From the IMG/VR virus record IMGVR_UViG_3300017658_000253, positions 1 through 44,810 of that record: a DNA stretch of 44,810 nucleotides; one strand, written 5' to 3'. Source of the stretch: a virus. Lineage: Duplodnaviria; Caudoviricetes. Under the pieces are notes generated by a model. That model did no database searches and was not told the DNA's origin. It saw only the letters and a program-made list of their open reading frames with translations. A program made the translations under genes and the position numbers. Shown here in pieces: positions 35,757 to 44,810 of the stretch (its first letter is position 1; every line of letters starts with the position of its first letter).

Positions 35757-36103
35757 ACGACGAAACCGGATTTCTGGCGGCGGCGCTGAAGGAACTGCTC
35801 GCCTCCACGGCGGTGATCCTTGCCGCCTGGGGCGCGCTCGGCGGCGCGACCAATGCGCTGACCACGAAAATGCGGCTGCGCGACGCTCTGCGCCACATCC
35901 TGCTTGGCGGTCTGATCGCGGCCGGGATGGGAAGCCTGTCGATGGCGATCATCACCCGCTGGCTCGGCCTGCCACCCGAGGCGATCCCGGCCGGGGGCGC
36001 GGCCGGATCGGCCGCCTATCTGGTCGGCGTCTTCGGACCGGCCTTCATCGAGGTGCTGCTCGCCCGTCTGCGCCATGCCGGGAAAGGCGATGGCGATGCA
36101 TGA
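35753..36103 (+). CDS. Membrane protein, putative holin
   Basis: Three hydrophobic segments; upstream of the lysozyme; ATGA overlap. Confidence 0.65.
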   Translation: MNDETGFLAAALKELLASTAVILAAWGALGGATNALTTKMRLRDALRHILLGGLIAAGMGSLSMAIITRWLGLPPEAIPAGGAAGSAAYLVGVFGPAFIEVLLARLRHAGKGDGDA

Positions 36104-36227
36104 CCTTCTCCGCCTCGCGCGCTCGCTGCGCTGCGACCCTGCCGATCCCTGCCAGGCCTTCCGCCACCGCCTGGGCGTCGGCATCGCCGTCGCTGCGCTG
36201 ATCCTGATCCACTCTCTTTTGGGGTGA
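36096..36227 (+). CDS. 43-aa single-TM protein (not in the ORF track)
   Basis: MHDLLRLARSLRCDPADPCQAFRHRLGVGIAVAALILIHSLLG; overlaps the previous stop and fills the gap exactly. Confidence 0.6.
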   Translation: MHDLLRLARSLRCDPADPCQAFRHRLGVGIAVAALILIHSLLG

Positions 36228-36232
36228 CTTCC

Positions 36233-36898
36233 ATGCAGATGACTGACCGGGGGCTCTTGGCCCTCGTCCGGCACGAAGGCATCTTGCCCGGACCCTACAC
36301 GGATGTGAAACAGGTCTGGACATTCGGTATCGGCCACACGGCCGCAGCCGGGCCGCCCGATCCCGCCACGATGCCGCGCGGCATGCCTGCCGATCTCGAT
36401 GCCGGGATCCGCGAGGCGTTCCGGGTCTTCCGGTCCGACCTCGCGCGTTACGAGGCCGCCGTCCTGCGCGCCGTGAAAGTGCCGCTGGCGCCGCACGAGT
36501 TCGACGCGTTGGTCAGCTTTCACTACAACACCGGCGGCATCGCCAAGGCGGCGCTCACCCGGCACCTGAACGCGGGCGACCGGGCAGCAGCGGCAGTAGC
36601 CTTCATGGGCTGGCTCAAGCCCGTCGCGATCCGCCCGCGCCGCGAGGCTGAGCGCGATCTCTTCGCCACCGGCCGCTATTCCGCCGGCACCATCCCCGTC
36701 TGGTCGGTCGACAGCAACGGCCGGGTCGATTTCTCGCGACCGATCCGGCGTCTGACCGAGGACGAGGCGTTGGCGCTGCTACGCCCTGCAAGCATGCCGA
36801 TACCGAGACCATCCGTGCCTGCCTCCAAACCTGAACCTGCCATCGGTTGGCTTGCCCGGCTGAGCGCGTTCTTCTCCACCCTGATCCGGAAGGCCTGA
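36233..36898 (+). CDS. Endolysin, GH24 lysozyme
   Basis: HEG...YTD...WTFGIGHT (E-D-T triad), FDALVSFHYNTG, RREAERDLF. Confidence 0.93.
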   Translation: MQMTDRGLLALVRHEGILPGPYTDVKQVWTFGIGHTAAAGPPDPATMPRGMPADLDAGIREAFRVFRSDLARYEAAVLRAVKVPLAPHEFDALVSFHYNTGGIAKAALTRHLNAGDRAAAAVAFMGWLKPVAIRPRREAERDLFATGRYSAGTIPVWSVDSNGRVDFSRPIRRLTEDEALALLRPASMPIPRPSVPASKPEPAIGWLARLSAFFSTLIRKA

Positions 36899-36901
36899 TC
36901 C

Positions 36902-37132
36902 ATGCGTTACATCCGACTGACCTCGCTCACCTGGTGGGCGGGTTGCCTCGCCATGCTCACCGGCATTGCCTCGCTCACGCTGCCCGCCACCGGGCCGCTT
37001 GGCGAACTTTCCCGCCTTGTCGCGCTGCTCGCACGCTCGGGCGATGCATCGCCTGCGGGGCTGATGTTCCTCGGGCTTGGCCTGATCGGCTTGCGTGACC
37101 GGATCGAGCGCGGGTTCCGCGGCGATGCTTGA
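36902..37132 (+). CDS. Small two-TM membrane protein of the lysis cassette
   Basis: Two hydrophobic segments; follows the lysozyme. Confidence 0.65.
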   Translation: MRYIRLTSLTWWAGCLAMLTGIASLTLPATGPLGELSRLVALLARSGDASPAGLMFLGLGLIGLRDRIERGFRGDA

Positions 37133-37226
37133 GTTCCTCGCAGGTCTGGTCGTGGGCGGCTGCCTCGGCGTCTTCGTCGTCGCTCTCTGCGTGGCCGCCG
37201 CGCACGGGGAGCAGGACGATGGCTGA
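37125..37226 (+). CDS. 33-aa hydrophobic protein (not in the ORF track)
   Basis: MLEFLAGLVVGGCLGVFVVALCVAAAHGEQDDG; overlaps both neighbours by 8 nt. Confidence 0.55.
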   Translation: MLEFLAGLVVGGCLGVFVVALCVAAAHGEQDDG

Positions 37227-37458
37227 TCTCCTGATCTGGCTGATCTGGCTGATCGCGGCTCTGGGCGCGGTCGGGGGCGTCGTCCTCGGCCGCATCTGGG
37301 GTCAGGTGGAAGGGAAGCGCACGGGCAAACGGGAGGCGGAACGCGATGCGATGGAAGACAAGAGCGAGCGCGTCGAGCGCGGGCGCGAGGCGGTTCGCGA
37401 CGGCCGCGGCGTTGGCGATCCTGCTGACAGGCTGCGCCGCAACGATGGGCGGTGGTGA
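37219..37458 (+). CDS. Putative inner-membrane spanin (Rz-like)
   Basis: N-terminal TM helix followed by a charged helical region. Confidence 0.65.
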   Translation: MADLLIWLIWLIAALGAVGGVVLGRIWGQVEGKRTGKREAERDAMEDKSERVERGREAVRDGRGVGDPADRLRRNDGRW

Positions 37459-37588
37459 TGCCGGATGCGCCTCCTATGCCGAGGCGCGGCTGGCCCGCCC
37501 GGCGGCCGAGACCGTCTCAGAGGTGCCACCGGACTGGGCGGCCTGGATCGCCGATCTCGACGACCGAATGACAGGAACCTGCCGATGA
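37346..37588 (+). CDS. Putative outer-membrane spanin lipoprotein (Rz1-like)
   Basis: Lipobox LLTGC; overlaps the i-spanin in another frame; ATGA overlap with the next gene. Confidence 0.7.
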   Translation: MRWKTRASASSAGARRFATAAALAILLTGCAATMGGGDAGCASYAEARLARPAAETVSEVPPDWAAWIADLDDRMTGTCR

Positions 37589-38469
37589 AATCCCTCTCGC
37601 CCGCGCTGCAGGCCCATCTCGACGAGGGCACGACGACGCTGGCCTGCTGCTGGCGAATCGCCCGGGCCGATGGTGTCACCTTCGGCTTCACCGATCACGA
37701 CCGGACGCTCAGCTTCGACGGCACAGATTTCGAATCCGAGAGCGGGCTCACCGCCTCCGAGGTTCGCTCCGGCTCGGACCTGTCGGTCGATGCGCAGGAC
37801 GCGGAAGGCGTGCTGACCTCCGACCGGATCACCGAGACCGACATCCTCGACGGCCACTGGGACAATGCGGCGGTGGAGGTCTGGCGCGTGAACTGGGCCG
37901 ACACCGCGCAACGCGTTCTGATGCGGCGCGGGGCCATTGGCCAGATCCGGCGCGGGCGGCTGGCCTTCGTCGCCGAGGTGCGCTCGCTCGCCCATGTCCT
38001 CGGCCAGACGGTGGGGCGGACCTTTCAAGCGAGTTGCGACGCGGCGCTCCGCGATGCGCGCTGTGGTGTCGATCTGGAGGACCCGGCCTACAAGGGCACA
38101 GGCGCGGTGGTCGATCTGCTGCGGGATCGCGCGTTCACCGCCTCCGGTCTCGGCACCTTCGAGGTTGGCTGGTTCACATTCGGCACGCTGGACTGGACCA
38201 GCGGCGCGAATGCTGGGCGGCGCACCGAGGTGCTGGGCCATGACGTCACGGACGGCATCGCCGTGCTGACCCTGCTCGAGGCACCGGTGCGCGCGATTGC
38301 CAATGGCGACGGCTTCACGATCCGCGCGGGCTGCGACAAGCGGATCGAGACCTGCGGGGAAAAGTTCGCCAACACCGCCAAATTCCGCGGCTTTCCGCAC
38401 ATCCCCGGCCAGGACGCCGTGCTGCGCTACGCCACCAAGGACGGTGGTCATGATGGAGGCGTGCTGTGA
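37585..38469 (+). CDS. DUF2163 baseplate hub protein (GTA-like)
   Basis: GFTDHD, GCDK...C..KF.N...FRGFPHIPG. Confidence 0.92.
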   Translation: MKSLSPALQAHLDEGTTTLACCWRIARADGVTFGFTDHDRTLSFDGTDFESESGLTASEVRSGSDLSVDAQDAEGVLTSDRITETDILDGHWDNAAVEVWRVNWADTAQRVLMRRGAIGQIRRGRLAFVAEVRSLAHVLGQTVGRTFQASCDAALRDARCGVDLEDPAYKGTGAVVDLLRDRAFTASGLGTFEVGWFTFGTLDWTSGANAGRRTEVLGHDVTDGIAVLTLLEAPVRAIANGDGFTIRAGCDKRIETCGEKFANTAKFRGFPHIPGQDAVLRYATKDGGHDGGVL

Positions 38470-38900
38470 ACACCGCCGATCCCGCCAAGGTAATCGCGGC
38501 AGCGCGGTCATGGCTCGGCACGCCGTACCACGACCAGGCAACTCTAAAGGGTGTCGGCTGCGACTGCCTCGGGCTGGCCCGAGGCATCTGGCGCGAGGTC
38601 GTCGGCCCCGAGCCGTTTCCGATCCCGCCCTACAGCCGGGACTGGGGCGAGACCGGTCCGCGCGAGGTGCTGGCCGAAGGCGCGCGCCGCATGATGCCGG
38701 AGATCACCCCAGCCGATGCCACTCCCGGTTCGCTGGTTCTCTTTCGGATGATGCCGCGCGCCATCGCCAAGCATGTCGGGATCATGACCGGCCCCGACAC
38801 TTTCCTCAATGCCTATGAGCGACTCGGCGTCATCGAGGAACCGCTGACCCAATCCTGGCGGCGGCGCATCGCCTTCGCCTTTCTGTTCCCGCAACGCTGA
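38466..38900 (+). CDS. NlpC/P60 cell-wall peptidase
   Basis: WLGTPY, GCDCLGL, KHVGI. Confidence 0.92.
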   Translation: MNTADPAKVIAAARSWLGTPYHDQATLKGVGCDCLGLARGIWREVVGPEPFPIPPYSRDWGETGPREVLAEGARRMMPEITPADATPGSLVLFRMMPRAIAKHVGIMTGPDTFLNAYERLGVIEEPLTQSWRRRIAFAFLFPQR

Positions 38901-38911
38901 GACCCCGACAT

Positions 38912-41900
38912 ATGGCCACCCTCATTCTCGGTGCTGCCGGCGCCGCCCTTGGCGGTTCTATCGGCGGCGCAATCCTTGGTGTCAGCGCGGCGACCATCGG
39001 CGGTTTCATCGGGTCCACCATCGGCTCGGTCGTCGACAGCTGGATCGTGTCCTCGCTCGCGCCGACGCAGCGGATCGAAGGGGCGCGGCTCGACAGCTTG
39101 CGCATCACCTCCTCGACTGAGGGGGCCGTGATCCCGCGCCTCTACGGCCGGATGCGGATCGGTGGCAATATCATCTGGGCCACCGATTTCCGCGAGGAAA
39201 CCAAGACCACCACGCAGGGTGGCGGCAAGGGCGGCGGGGGCGGCAAGGTCAAGACGACCGAGTATCTTTACTACGCCAGCTTCGCCGTCGCGCTCTGCGA
39301 GGGACCGATCACCGGGATCGGGCGCGTCTGGGCAGACGGGAAGCCGATGGACCTCTCAGGCGTCACCTGGCGCTGGTATCCCGGTGACGAGGCGCAAGCG
39401 GGCGATCCGTTCATCGCCGCCAAGATGGGCGGGGCGAACACGCCGGCCTATCGCGGCACCGCCTATGTCGTCTTCGAGGAACTGCCGCTGTCGAGCTACG
39501 GCAACCGCCTGCCGCAGCTCTCCTTCGAGGTGTTCCGGCCGCTCGCCGACCCCGACACCGCCGAGGGGCTGACCCGCGCCGTCACTCTGATCCCGGCCTC
39601 GGGCGAGTTCACCTATGCCACGCAGGCCGTCCGCAAGTCCTCCAGCGGCGCGACGCAGGCCGAAAACCTGAACGCTTTGCCGGATACCGCCGACATGGTC
39701 GTCGCGCTCGACCGGCTGCAGGCCATGGCGCCGGCCGTCGAGAGCGTCAGCCTCGTCGTCGCCTGGTTCGGTGATGACCTGCGCGCGGGAACCTGCAAGC
39801 TGCGCCCGGGCGTCGAGGTCGAGGCCAAATACACGACGCCGGTCGGCTGGTCGGTCAATGGCGTCAGCCGCGCCAGTGCCTTCCTCGTCAGCCGCGACGA
39901 CCAAGACCGCCCGGTCTATGGCGGCACGCCCGCCGATTTCGCGGTGGTGCAGGCGATCCGGGAGATGAAGGCGCGCGGGCTGCGCGTGACCTTCTATCCG
40001 TTCCTCCTGATGGACGTGCCGCCCGGCAACACGCTGCCGAACCCGTATTCCGATAACGCCGCCGAGACCGGCCAGCCCACATTCCCTTGGCGCGGCCGGA
40101 TCACCTGTTCGCCCGCGGAAGGCTATGCCGGGAGCGTGGACAAGACGGCCACGGCGTCGAGCCAGGTCGCAGCCTTTTTCGGCAGCGCGGCCCCCTCCGA
40201 CTTCGCGATCTCGGGCGAGACCGTCTCCTGGACGGGCCCGTCCGGCGACTGGGGTCTGCGCCGCATGATGCTGCACTACGCCCATCTCTGCGCCGTGGCG
40301 GGCGGGGTCGACGCCTTCCTGATCGGCTCGGAAATGCGCGGCCTGACCACCATCCGCTCGGGCGCCAGCAGCTATCCCGCTGTTACCGCGTTCAAGGCGC
40401 TCGCCGCCGACGTGCGCGCCATTCTCGGGGCGGGCACGGAGATCGGCTATGCGGCCGACTGGTCGGAATACTTCGGCCATCATCCGGGCGACGGCAGCGG
40501 CGATGTCTATTTCCACCTCGACCCGCTCTGGTCGGACGCCAACATCGATTTCGTCGGCATCGACAACTACATGCCGCTGTCGGACTGGCGCGACGGATTC
40601 GAGCATGAAGATGCGACGGAGGGCTGGCCCGCGATCTACGACCGGGCCTATCTGCAGGCGAACATCGCGGGCCGCGAAGGCTTCGACTGGTTCTACGCAT
40701 CGGCGGCGGATCGGTCGGCGCAAGTGCGCACGTTGATCACGGACGGGAGTGCCGGCAAGCCGTGGGTCTTCCGCTACAAGGATCTGCGCGCCTGGTGGTC
40801 GAACGCGCATTACGACCGCCCGGGCGGGGTGGAGAGCAGCACGCCGACCGCATGGGTGCCGCAATCGAAGCCCATCCGCTTCACCGAACTCGGCTGCCCG
40901 GCCATCGACCGCGGCACCAACCAGCCCAACGTCTTCTTCGATCCGAAATCGTCGGAGAGTTTCACGCCCTATTTCTCGCGGGGCTGGCGCGACGACACCA
41001 TCCAGCGCGCCTATCTCGAGGCGACCTACCTGTTCTGGGGTGAGGCAGCGAACAACCCGCTGTCCTCGGTCTACGGCGGCCGGATGGTCCAAGTGCCGGA
41101 ATGCGCGGCTTGGACCTGGGACGCGCGGCCGTACCCGTTCTTCCCCGAACTGACCGATGTCTGGACCGACGGACCGAACTGGCGGCTCGGCCATTGGCTG
41201 ACCGGCCGCCTCGGGGCGGTGTCGCTCGCCGCGCTTGTGCGGCAACTCTGCCTGCGCGCTGGACTGCCGGGGACCCGCATCGACGTCAGCGGCCTCTGGG
41301 GCGCGGTCGAGGGCTTTGCCATCGGCGCGCTGGAAAGTCCGCGCGCGTCCATCACCACGCTGTCGCGCCACTTCGGCTTCGACGCCGTCGAGACCGAGGG
41401 CGTGATCCGCTTCGTCATGCGTGGGCGGGCGGCGGCGGCAAGCGTCACCCCCGACGATCTGGTGGCCGCGCGCGAAGGCGACGTCCTCGAACTCACCCGT
41501 GGCCAGGAGACAGAATTGCCGCAGGCCCTCAAATGGCAGGTGGCCCGCGCCGACGAGGATTACGAGGCGGCGCAGGTCGAGGCCCGGCGCATCACCGTCG
41601 ACACGACGCGCATAGCCTCCGAAAGCTTCCCCATGGCGGTGCCGCCCGAGGAGGCGGAGCGCCGTTGTCGTCGCGCCCTGATGGAAGCCTGGACCGGCCG
41701 TGAGAGCGCGGTGTTCCGCCTGCCGCCCTCGCGCTTGGCACTCGATCCGGCCGATGTGGTGACGCTCGCCCATGACGGCCGGGCCATCCCGCTGCGGCTC
41801 ATCTCGATTGCCGATGCCGACGCGCGCGGCATCGAGGCCGTGCGTCAGGATCGGGAGGCCTACGACCTGCCGCCCGGCGCACCGCGACCCTCGGCGCTGT

Positions 41901-42877
41901 CGCAGGCGGTGGTCTTCGGGGCACCTGAAACGGTCCTCCTCGACCTGCCGCAGCTCACCGAGGATCAGGCCGCGCACAGGCCCTTCGCTGCGGCGCATGC
42001 CGTGCCATGGCCAGGTGAGATCGCGGTCTATCGAAGCCCATCGACGGACGGCTTTGACCTGCTAACCACGTTTGGCAGCCGCGCCCGGATCGGCACGCTG
42101 GTCTCGGACTTCTACGCCGGACCCACGTCGCGCTTCGACCTCGGCAACGTGCTGATCGTCGATCTGCTGACCGGCACACTGGAAAGCGTCACCGACCTGA
42201 CCCTTTTCGGCGGTGCCAATCCCATTGCCATCGAGAGCGCACCCGGTGTCTGGGAGATCGTGCAGGTAGGCGCGGCCGAATTGATTGCCCCCAACCGGTA
42301 TCGCCTGACTCGGCTTCTGCGTGGCCAGCGCGGCACGGAGGGGGCCATGGGCAATCCGGTGCCTGCGGGCGCGCGGGTGGTGATGTTGGACACCGCGCTC
42401 ACGTCCCTGCCGATCGCCGAGGCCGATCTCGGCATCCCGTGGAACTGGCGCATCGGCCCTGCCAGCCGCTCGGTCAGCGACGAGACTTACGTGGCGCAGG
42501 CCTTTACGCCCGAGGGCGTGGGGCTTCGCCCGTTCTCCGTTGCCCATGTCGAGCAGCCATGGCGCTCGCCGCGCACCCACGGTGACCTCACGCTCCACTG
42601 GACGCGCCGGTCCCGCGCGCTGGCGGCCGACAGCTGGGGCGGGCTGGAGGTGCCGCTGGCCGAGGAACTCGAAGCCTACGAGATCGAGATCCTCGACGGT
42701 GCAGTTGTCAAGCGATCCTTGACAACTGCAACCACCAGCGCGGTCTACACCGCCGCCGCCCAGACCGCTGACTGGGGCGCGCTGCTCGGCCCCGGCGACA
42801 CGCTCGACATCCGCATCTATCAGCTCTCCGCCCTCGTGGGGCGGGGCGCGCCGAAACTCGTCACGCTCACGTTCTGA
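38912..42877 (+). CDS. Baseplate multidomain protein (GTA megatron-like with TIM-barrel domain)
   Basis: IPRLYGRMRIGGNIIWA, PAYRG, YAADWSEY, GIDNYMPLSDWRD, RLLRGQRGTE. Confidence 0.93.
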   Translation: MATLILGAAGAALGGSIGGAILGVSAATIGGFIGSTIGSVVDSWIVSSLAPTQRIEGARLDSLRITSSTEGAVIPRLYGRMRIGGNIIWATDFREETKTTTQGGGKGGGGGKVKTTEYLYYASFAVALCEGPITGIGRVWADGKPMDLSGVTWRWYPGDEAQAGDPFIAAKMGGANTPAYRGTAYVVFEELPLSSYGNRLPQLSFEVFRPLADPDTAEGLTRAVTLIPASGEFTYATQAVRKSSSGATQAENLNALPDTADMVVALDRLQAMAPAVESVSLVVAWFGDDLRAGTCKLRPGVEVEAKYTTPVGWSVNGVSRASAFLVSRDDQDRPVYGGTPADFAVVQAIREMKARGLRVTFYPFLLMDVPPGNTLPNPYSDNAAETGQPTFPWRGRITCSPAEGYAGSVDKTATASSQVAAFFGSAAPSDFAISGETVSWTGPSGDWGLRRMMLHYAHLCAVAGGVDAFLIGSEMRGLTTIRSGASSYPAVTAFKALAADVRAILGAGTEIGYAADWSEYFGHHPGDGSGDVYFHLDPLWSDANIDFVGIDNYMPLSDWRDGFEHEDATEGWPAIYDRAYLQANIAGREGFDWFYASAADRSAQVRTLITDGSAGKPWVFRYKDLRAWWSNAHYDRPGGVESSTPTAWVPQSKPIRFTELGCPAIDRGTNQPNVFFDPKSSESFTPYFSRGWRDDTIQRAYLEATYLFWGEAANNPLSSVYGGRMVQVPECAAWTWDARPYPFFPELTDVWTDGPNWRLGHWLTGRLGAVSLAALVRQLCLRAGLPGTRIDVSGLWGAVEGFAIGALESPRASITTLSRHFGFDAVETEGVIRFVMRGRAAAASVTPDDLVAAREGDVLELTRGQETELPQALKWQVARADEDYEAAQVEARRITVDTTRIASESFPMAVPPEEAERRCRRALMEAWTGRESAVFRLPPSRLALDPADVVTLAHDGRAIPLRLISIADADARGIEAVRQDREAYDLPPGAPRPSALSQAVVFGAPETVLLDLPQLTEDQAAHRPFAAAHAVPWPGEIAVYRSPSTDGFDLLTTFGSRARIGTLVSDFYAGPTSRFDLGNVLIVDLLTGTLESVTDLTLFGGANPIAIESAPGVWEIVQVGAAELIAPNRYRLTRLLRGQRGTEGAMGNPVPAGARVVMLDTALTSLPIAEADLGIPWNWRIGPASRSVSDETYVAQAFTPEGVGLRPFSVAHVEQPWRSPRTHGDLTLHWTRRSRALAADSWGGLEVPLAEELEAYEIEILDGAVVKRSLTTATTSAVYTAAAQTADWGALLGPGDTLDIRIYQLSALVGRGAPKLVTLTF

Positions 42878-42884
42878 GGCCCCC

Positions 42885-44810
42885 ATGTCCGACGCCACCA
42901 CCCATCTCCTGCTGCCCTACATCCTCGCGGCGCAGGCCCAGAAGCATGTCACCCATAACGAGGCGCTGCGGATCCTCGACGGGCTCGTCCAGCTATCGGT
43001 CCTCGACCGGGATCTGGCATCACCCCCAGCGAGCCCCGCCGACGGCGACCGCTACATCGTCGCCTCGGGCGCGACGGGCGACTGGGCAGGCTGGGATCTG
43101 AACATCGCGCTCTGGACCGACGGCGCCTGGCTGCGACTGCCGCCGCGCAGTGGCTGGCGGACATGGGTCGAGGACGAGGCTCTGCTGCTCGTCTGGACCG
43201 GCGCCGCCTGGGAGATCGTGGGCGAGCCGAGCGACATCTCAGACGCCGTCTTCAGCCTCGTCAACGACGCCGATCCCACGAAGAAGGCGGTCTTCTCGCT
43301 GTCCGGTATCTCCACCGGCACGACCCGCAGCTACACGCTGCCGAACACGTCTTCGGAACTGGCGATCCTGGCGGGCACCCAGACCTTCAGCGGCAACAAG
43401 AACTTCTCGGGCACGCTGACCGCGTCGGGCACTGTCACGGTCTCGGCCGCGACCGCGACCATCGGTACGGCGACGGGCACCGCGACCTACGGGATCGGCA
43501 CCGGAGCGACGACCACTGGCCTCACCAAGACCGTGAACCTCGCCACCGACGGTGCGTCGGGGTCGACCACGGTCGTCAACATCGGCTCAGCAACGCTTGG
43601 CGCGGGTGGCACCACGGTGGTGAACACGCCCACGGTCACCTTCGCCAATGCCGTCACGCAGGTCGGCATGCCCCAGGCGAACCTGACCGCCCAGCTTCTG
43701 GGTCTCGGGGGCGCGACCGCCGACAGCTACAATCGGTTCTCAGTCAACACCCCCGCGGTCCTCTTGAACAACGCGGGCGGCGGGATCGAGGCGACGGTCA
43801 ACAAGGCCGCGCCCGCCAATGACGCGAGCTTTGCCTTCAAGACCAACTGGTCGGCGCGCGCTCTGATCGGCCTACTGGGCAGCGATGATTTCAGCTTCAA
43901 GGTCAGCCCGGACGGCTCGGCCTTCCACGAGGCGATCCGGATCGACCGCAGCTCCGGTCGGGTCGAGATGCCCGAACCCGTGGTGCTCCCGGCGGTGAGC
44001 GCCGTGCCCACGCCGCCGCCGACCGGCAAGCTCGCCGTCTATGCGCGGGACCGCGCCGGGGCCGGATGGCTCGACGTCCAGCGTCCCTCGGGGCGGTTCT
44101 TCCCGCTGCAGCCGCATTTAGGGGTGAACCGGATCGCGACCTGGGCGCCGTCCACCGGCACGACCGTCAACACCAACGGCATGTCGCGAACCGCCGTCGG
44201 CACCGTCGCCACGCCGACGCTCGCCACCACCAACCTCTCGACCTCGATGCGCCGCTGGCGCGTGACCAGTGCCGCCACGGCCGATGCGGCGGCCGAGGAA
44301 CGCTCGGCCGGCTGGGTCTGCTGGCGCGGCAATGCGGATGGGCTGGGCGGCTTCACCTATGTGAACCGACTTTCGCTGGTGACGCTGCAGGCGACTGGCA
44401 TGGGGTTCTTCGGGCTCTATGGCTCGACGGCAGCGCTGGCCACGACCCTGACGTTGTCGGCCGTGGTCAACTGCATCGGCATCGGTTTCCAGCGCGGCTC
44501 CCACACGAACTGGCAGTTGGTGCAGAACGACGGCTCCGGCGCGCCGACGCTCACCGATCTCGGGGAGAGTTTCCCGGTCGCGAGCACGACCAACGTCCTG
44601 ACGCTCACACTCCTCGCCGCCGCGAACAGCAGCGAGATCGGCGTCCGGGTGGTCGAGGAGGTCAGCGGGGCGGTGGTCGAGGCCGTGCTCGATAGCGACA
44701 TCCCCGCCGCGACGCAACTCCTGAGCCCGCGCAATTACATGAACAACGGCGCAACGGCGGCGGCGGTCGCATACGATTGCTCGGGGGTGTATGTGGAGAC
44801 GGATTACTAA
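42885..44810 (+). CDS. DUF2793 domain tail fibre / receptor-binding protein
   Basis: LPYILAAQAQKHVTHNEALRILD, GDRYIV; Thr/Gly-rich beta region; distinct C-terminal domain. Confidence 0.88.
   Translation: MSDATTHLLLPYILAAQAQKHVTHNEALRILDGLVQLSVLDRDLASPPASPADGDRYIVASGATGDWAGWDLNIALWTDGAWLRLPPRSGWRTWVEDEALLLVWTGAAWEIVGEPSDISDAVFSLVNDADPTKKAVFSLSGISTGTTRSYTLPNTSSELAILAGTQTFSGNKNFSGTLTASGTVTVSAATATIGTATGTATYGIGTGATTTGLTKTVNLATDGASGSTTVVNIGSATLGAGGTTVVNTPTVTFANAVTQVGMPQANLTAQLLGLGGATADSYNRFSVNTPAVLLNNAGGGIEATVNKAAPANDASFAFKTNWSARALIGLLGSDDFSFKVSPDGSAFHEAIRIDRSSGRVEMPEPVVLPAVSAVPTPPPTGKLAVYARDRAGAGWLDVQRPSGRFFPLQPHLGVNRIATWAPSTGTTVNTNGMSRTAVGTVATPTLATTNLSTSMRRWRVTSAATADAAAEERSAGWVCWRGNADGLGGFTYVNRLSLVTLQATGMGFFGLYGSTAALATTLTLSAVVNCIGIGFQRGSHTNWQLVQNDGSGAPTLTDLGESFPVASTTNVLTLTLLAAANSSEIGVRVVEEVSGAVVEAVLDSDIPAATQLLSPRNYMNNGATAAAVAYDCSGVYVETDY

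Larger units (their letters stand above)
1..44810. mobile_element. Temperate siphophage prophage (lambda-like head, GTA-like tail/baseplate, serine integrase); exact ends not determined
   Basis: Ordered integration, immunity, replication, packaging, head, tail, lysis and fibre modules with mostly coupled start/stop codons. Confidence 0.95.

Noticed and set aside
38800-38820. NlpC/P60 third catalytic residue is Asn (FLNAY) rather than His
   Set aside because: Polar residues including Asn are tolerated at this position, so it is not evidence of inactivation
9526-41998. Long antisense ORFs (e.g. 9526-11115, 12238-14421, 22152-24053, 25766-27925, 33372-35381, 39356-41998)
   Set aside because: Shadow frames of GC-rich genes with no recognisable motifs, unlike the +1 ORF in the C5 methylase
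35130-42877. Gene transfer agent cluster
   Set aside because: The GTA-like tail genes are embedded in a full phage with integrase, repressor, replication genes and a lambda-type terminase
42885-44810. Diversity-generating retroelement or invertible fibre cassette
   Set aside because: No reverse transcriptase, template/variable repeat pair or invertase seen in the window
1-44810. attL/attR, tRNA or rRNA genes
   Set aside because: None recognisable by eye; the window is cut at gene stops and serine integrase cores are too short to spot

Overview
The whole window is a GC-rich temperate siphophage prophage of alphaproteobacterial (Rhodobacteraceae-like) type. From left to right it carries: an M.PvuII-like N4-cytosine methyltransferase; a translationally coupled large serine recombinase/DUF2924 cassette; an AbiJ-like nuclease gene directly behind the CI-like repressor; early and replication genes (AlpA-like HTH, AAA_24/Sak4-like ATPase, SSB-like protein, SF2 helicase, Cas4-like nuclease, primase-helicase); an iteron/IHF origin; a RuvC-like resolvase; a lambda-like cos region; ParB-methylase and C5-methylase genes; a PIN toxin-antitoxin pair; lambda-like packaging and head genes; and a GTA-like tail module containing the lysis cassette and an antisense PLD-nuclease moron. 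Four observations stand out. (1) The C5 methyltransferase locus appears dual-coded over about 1.1 kb, with motif IX and a WPTP repeat array in the +1 frame. (2) The repressor's catalytic Ser is replaced by Gly. (3) There are two candidate anti-phage nucleases. (4) The origin and cos architectures can be read directly from the sequence. No att sites could be identified. Family assignments come from motif recognition, not database searches.
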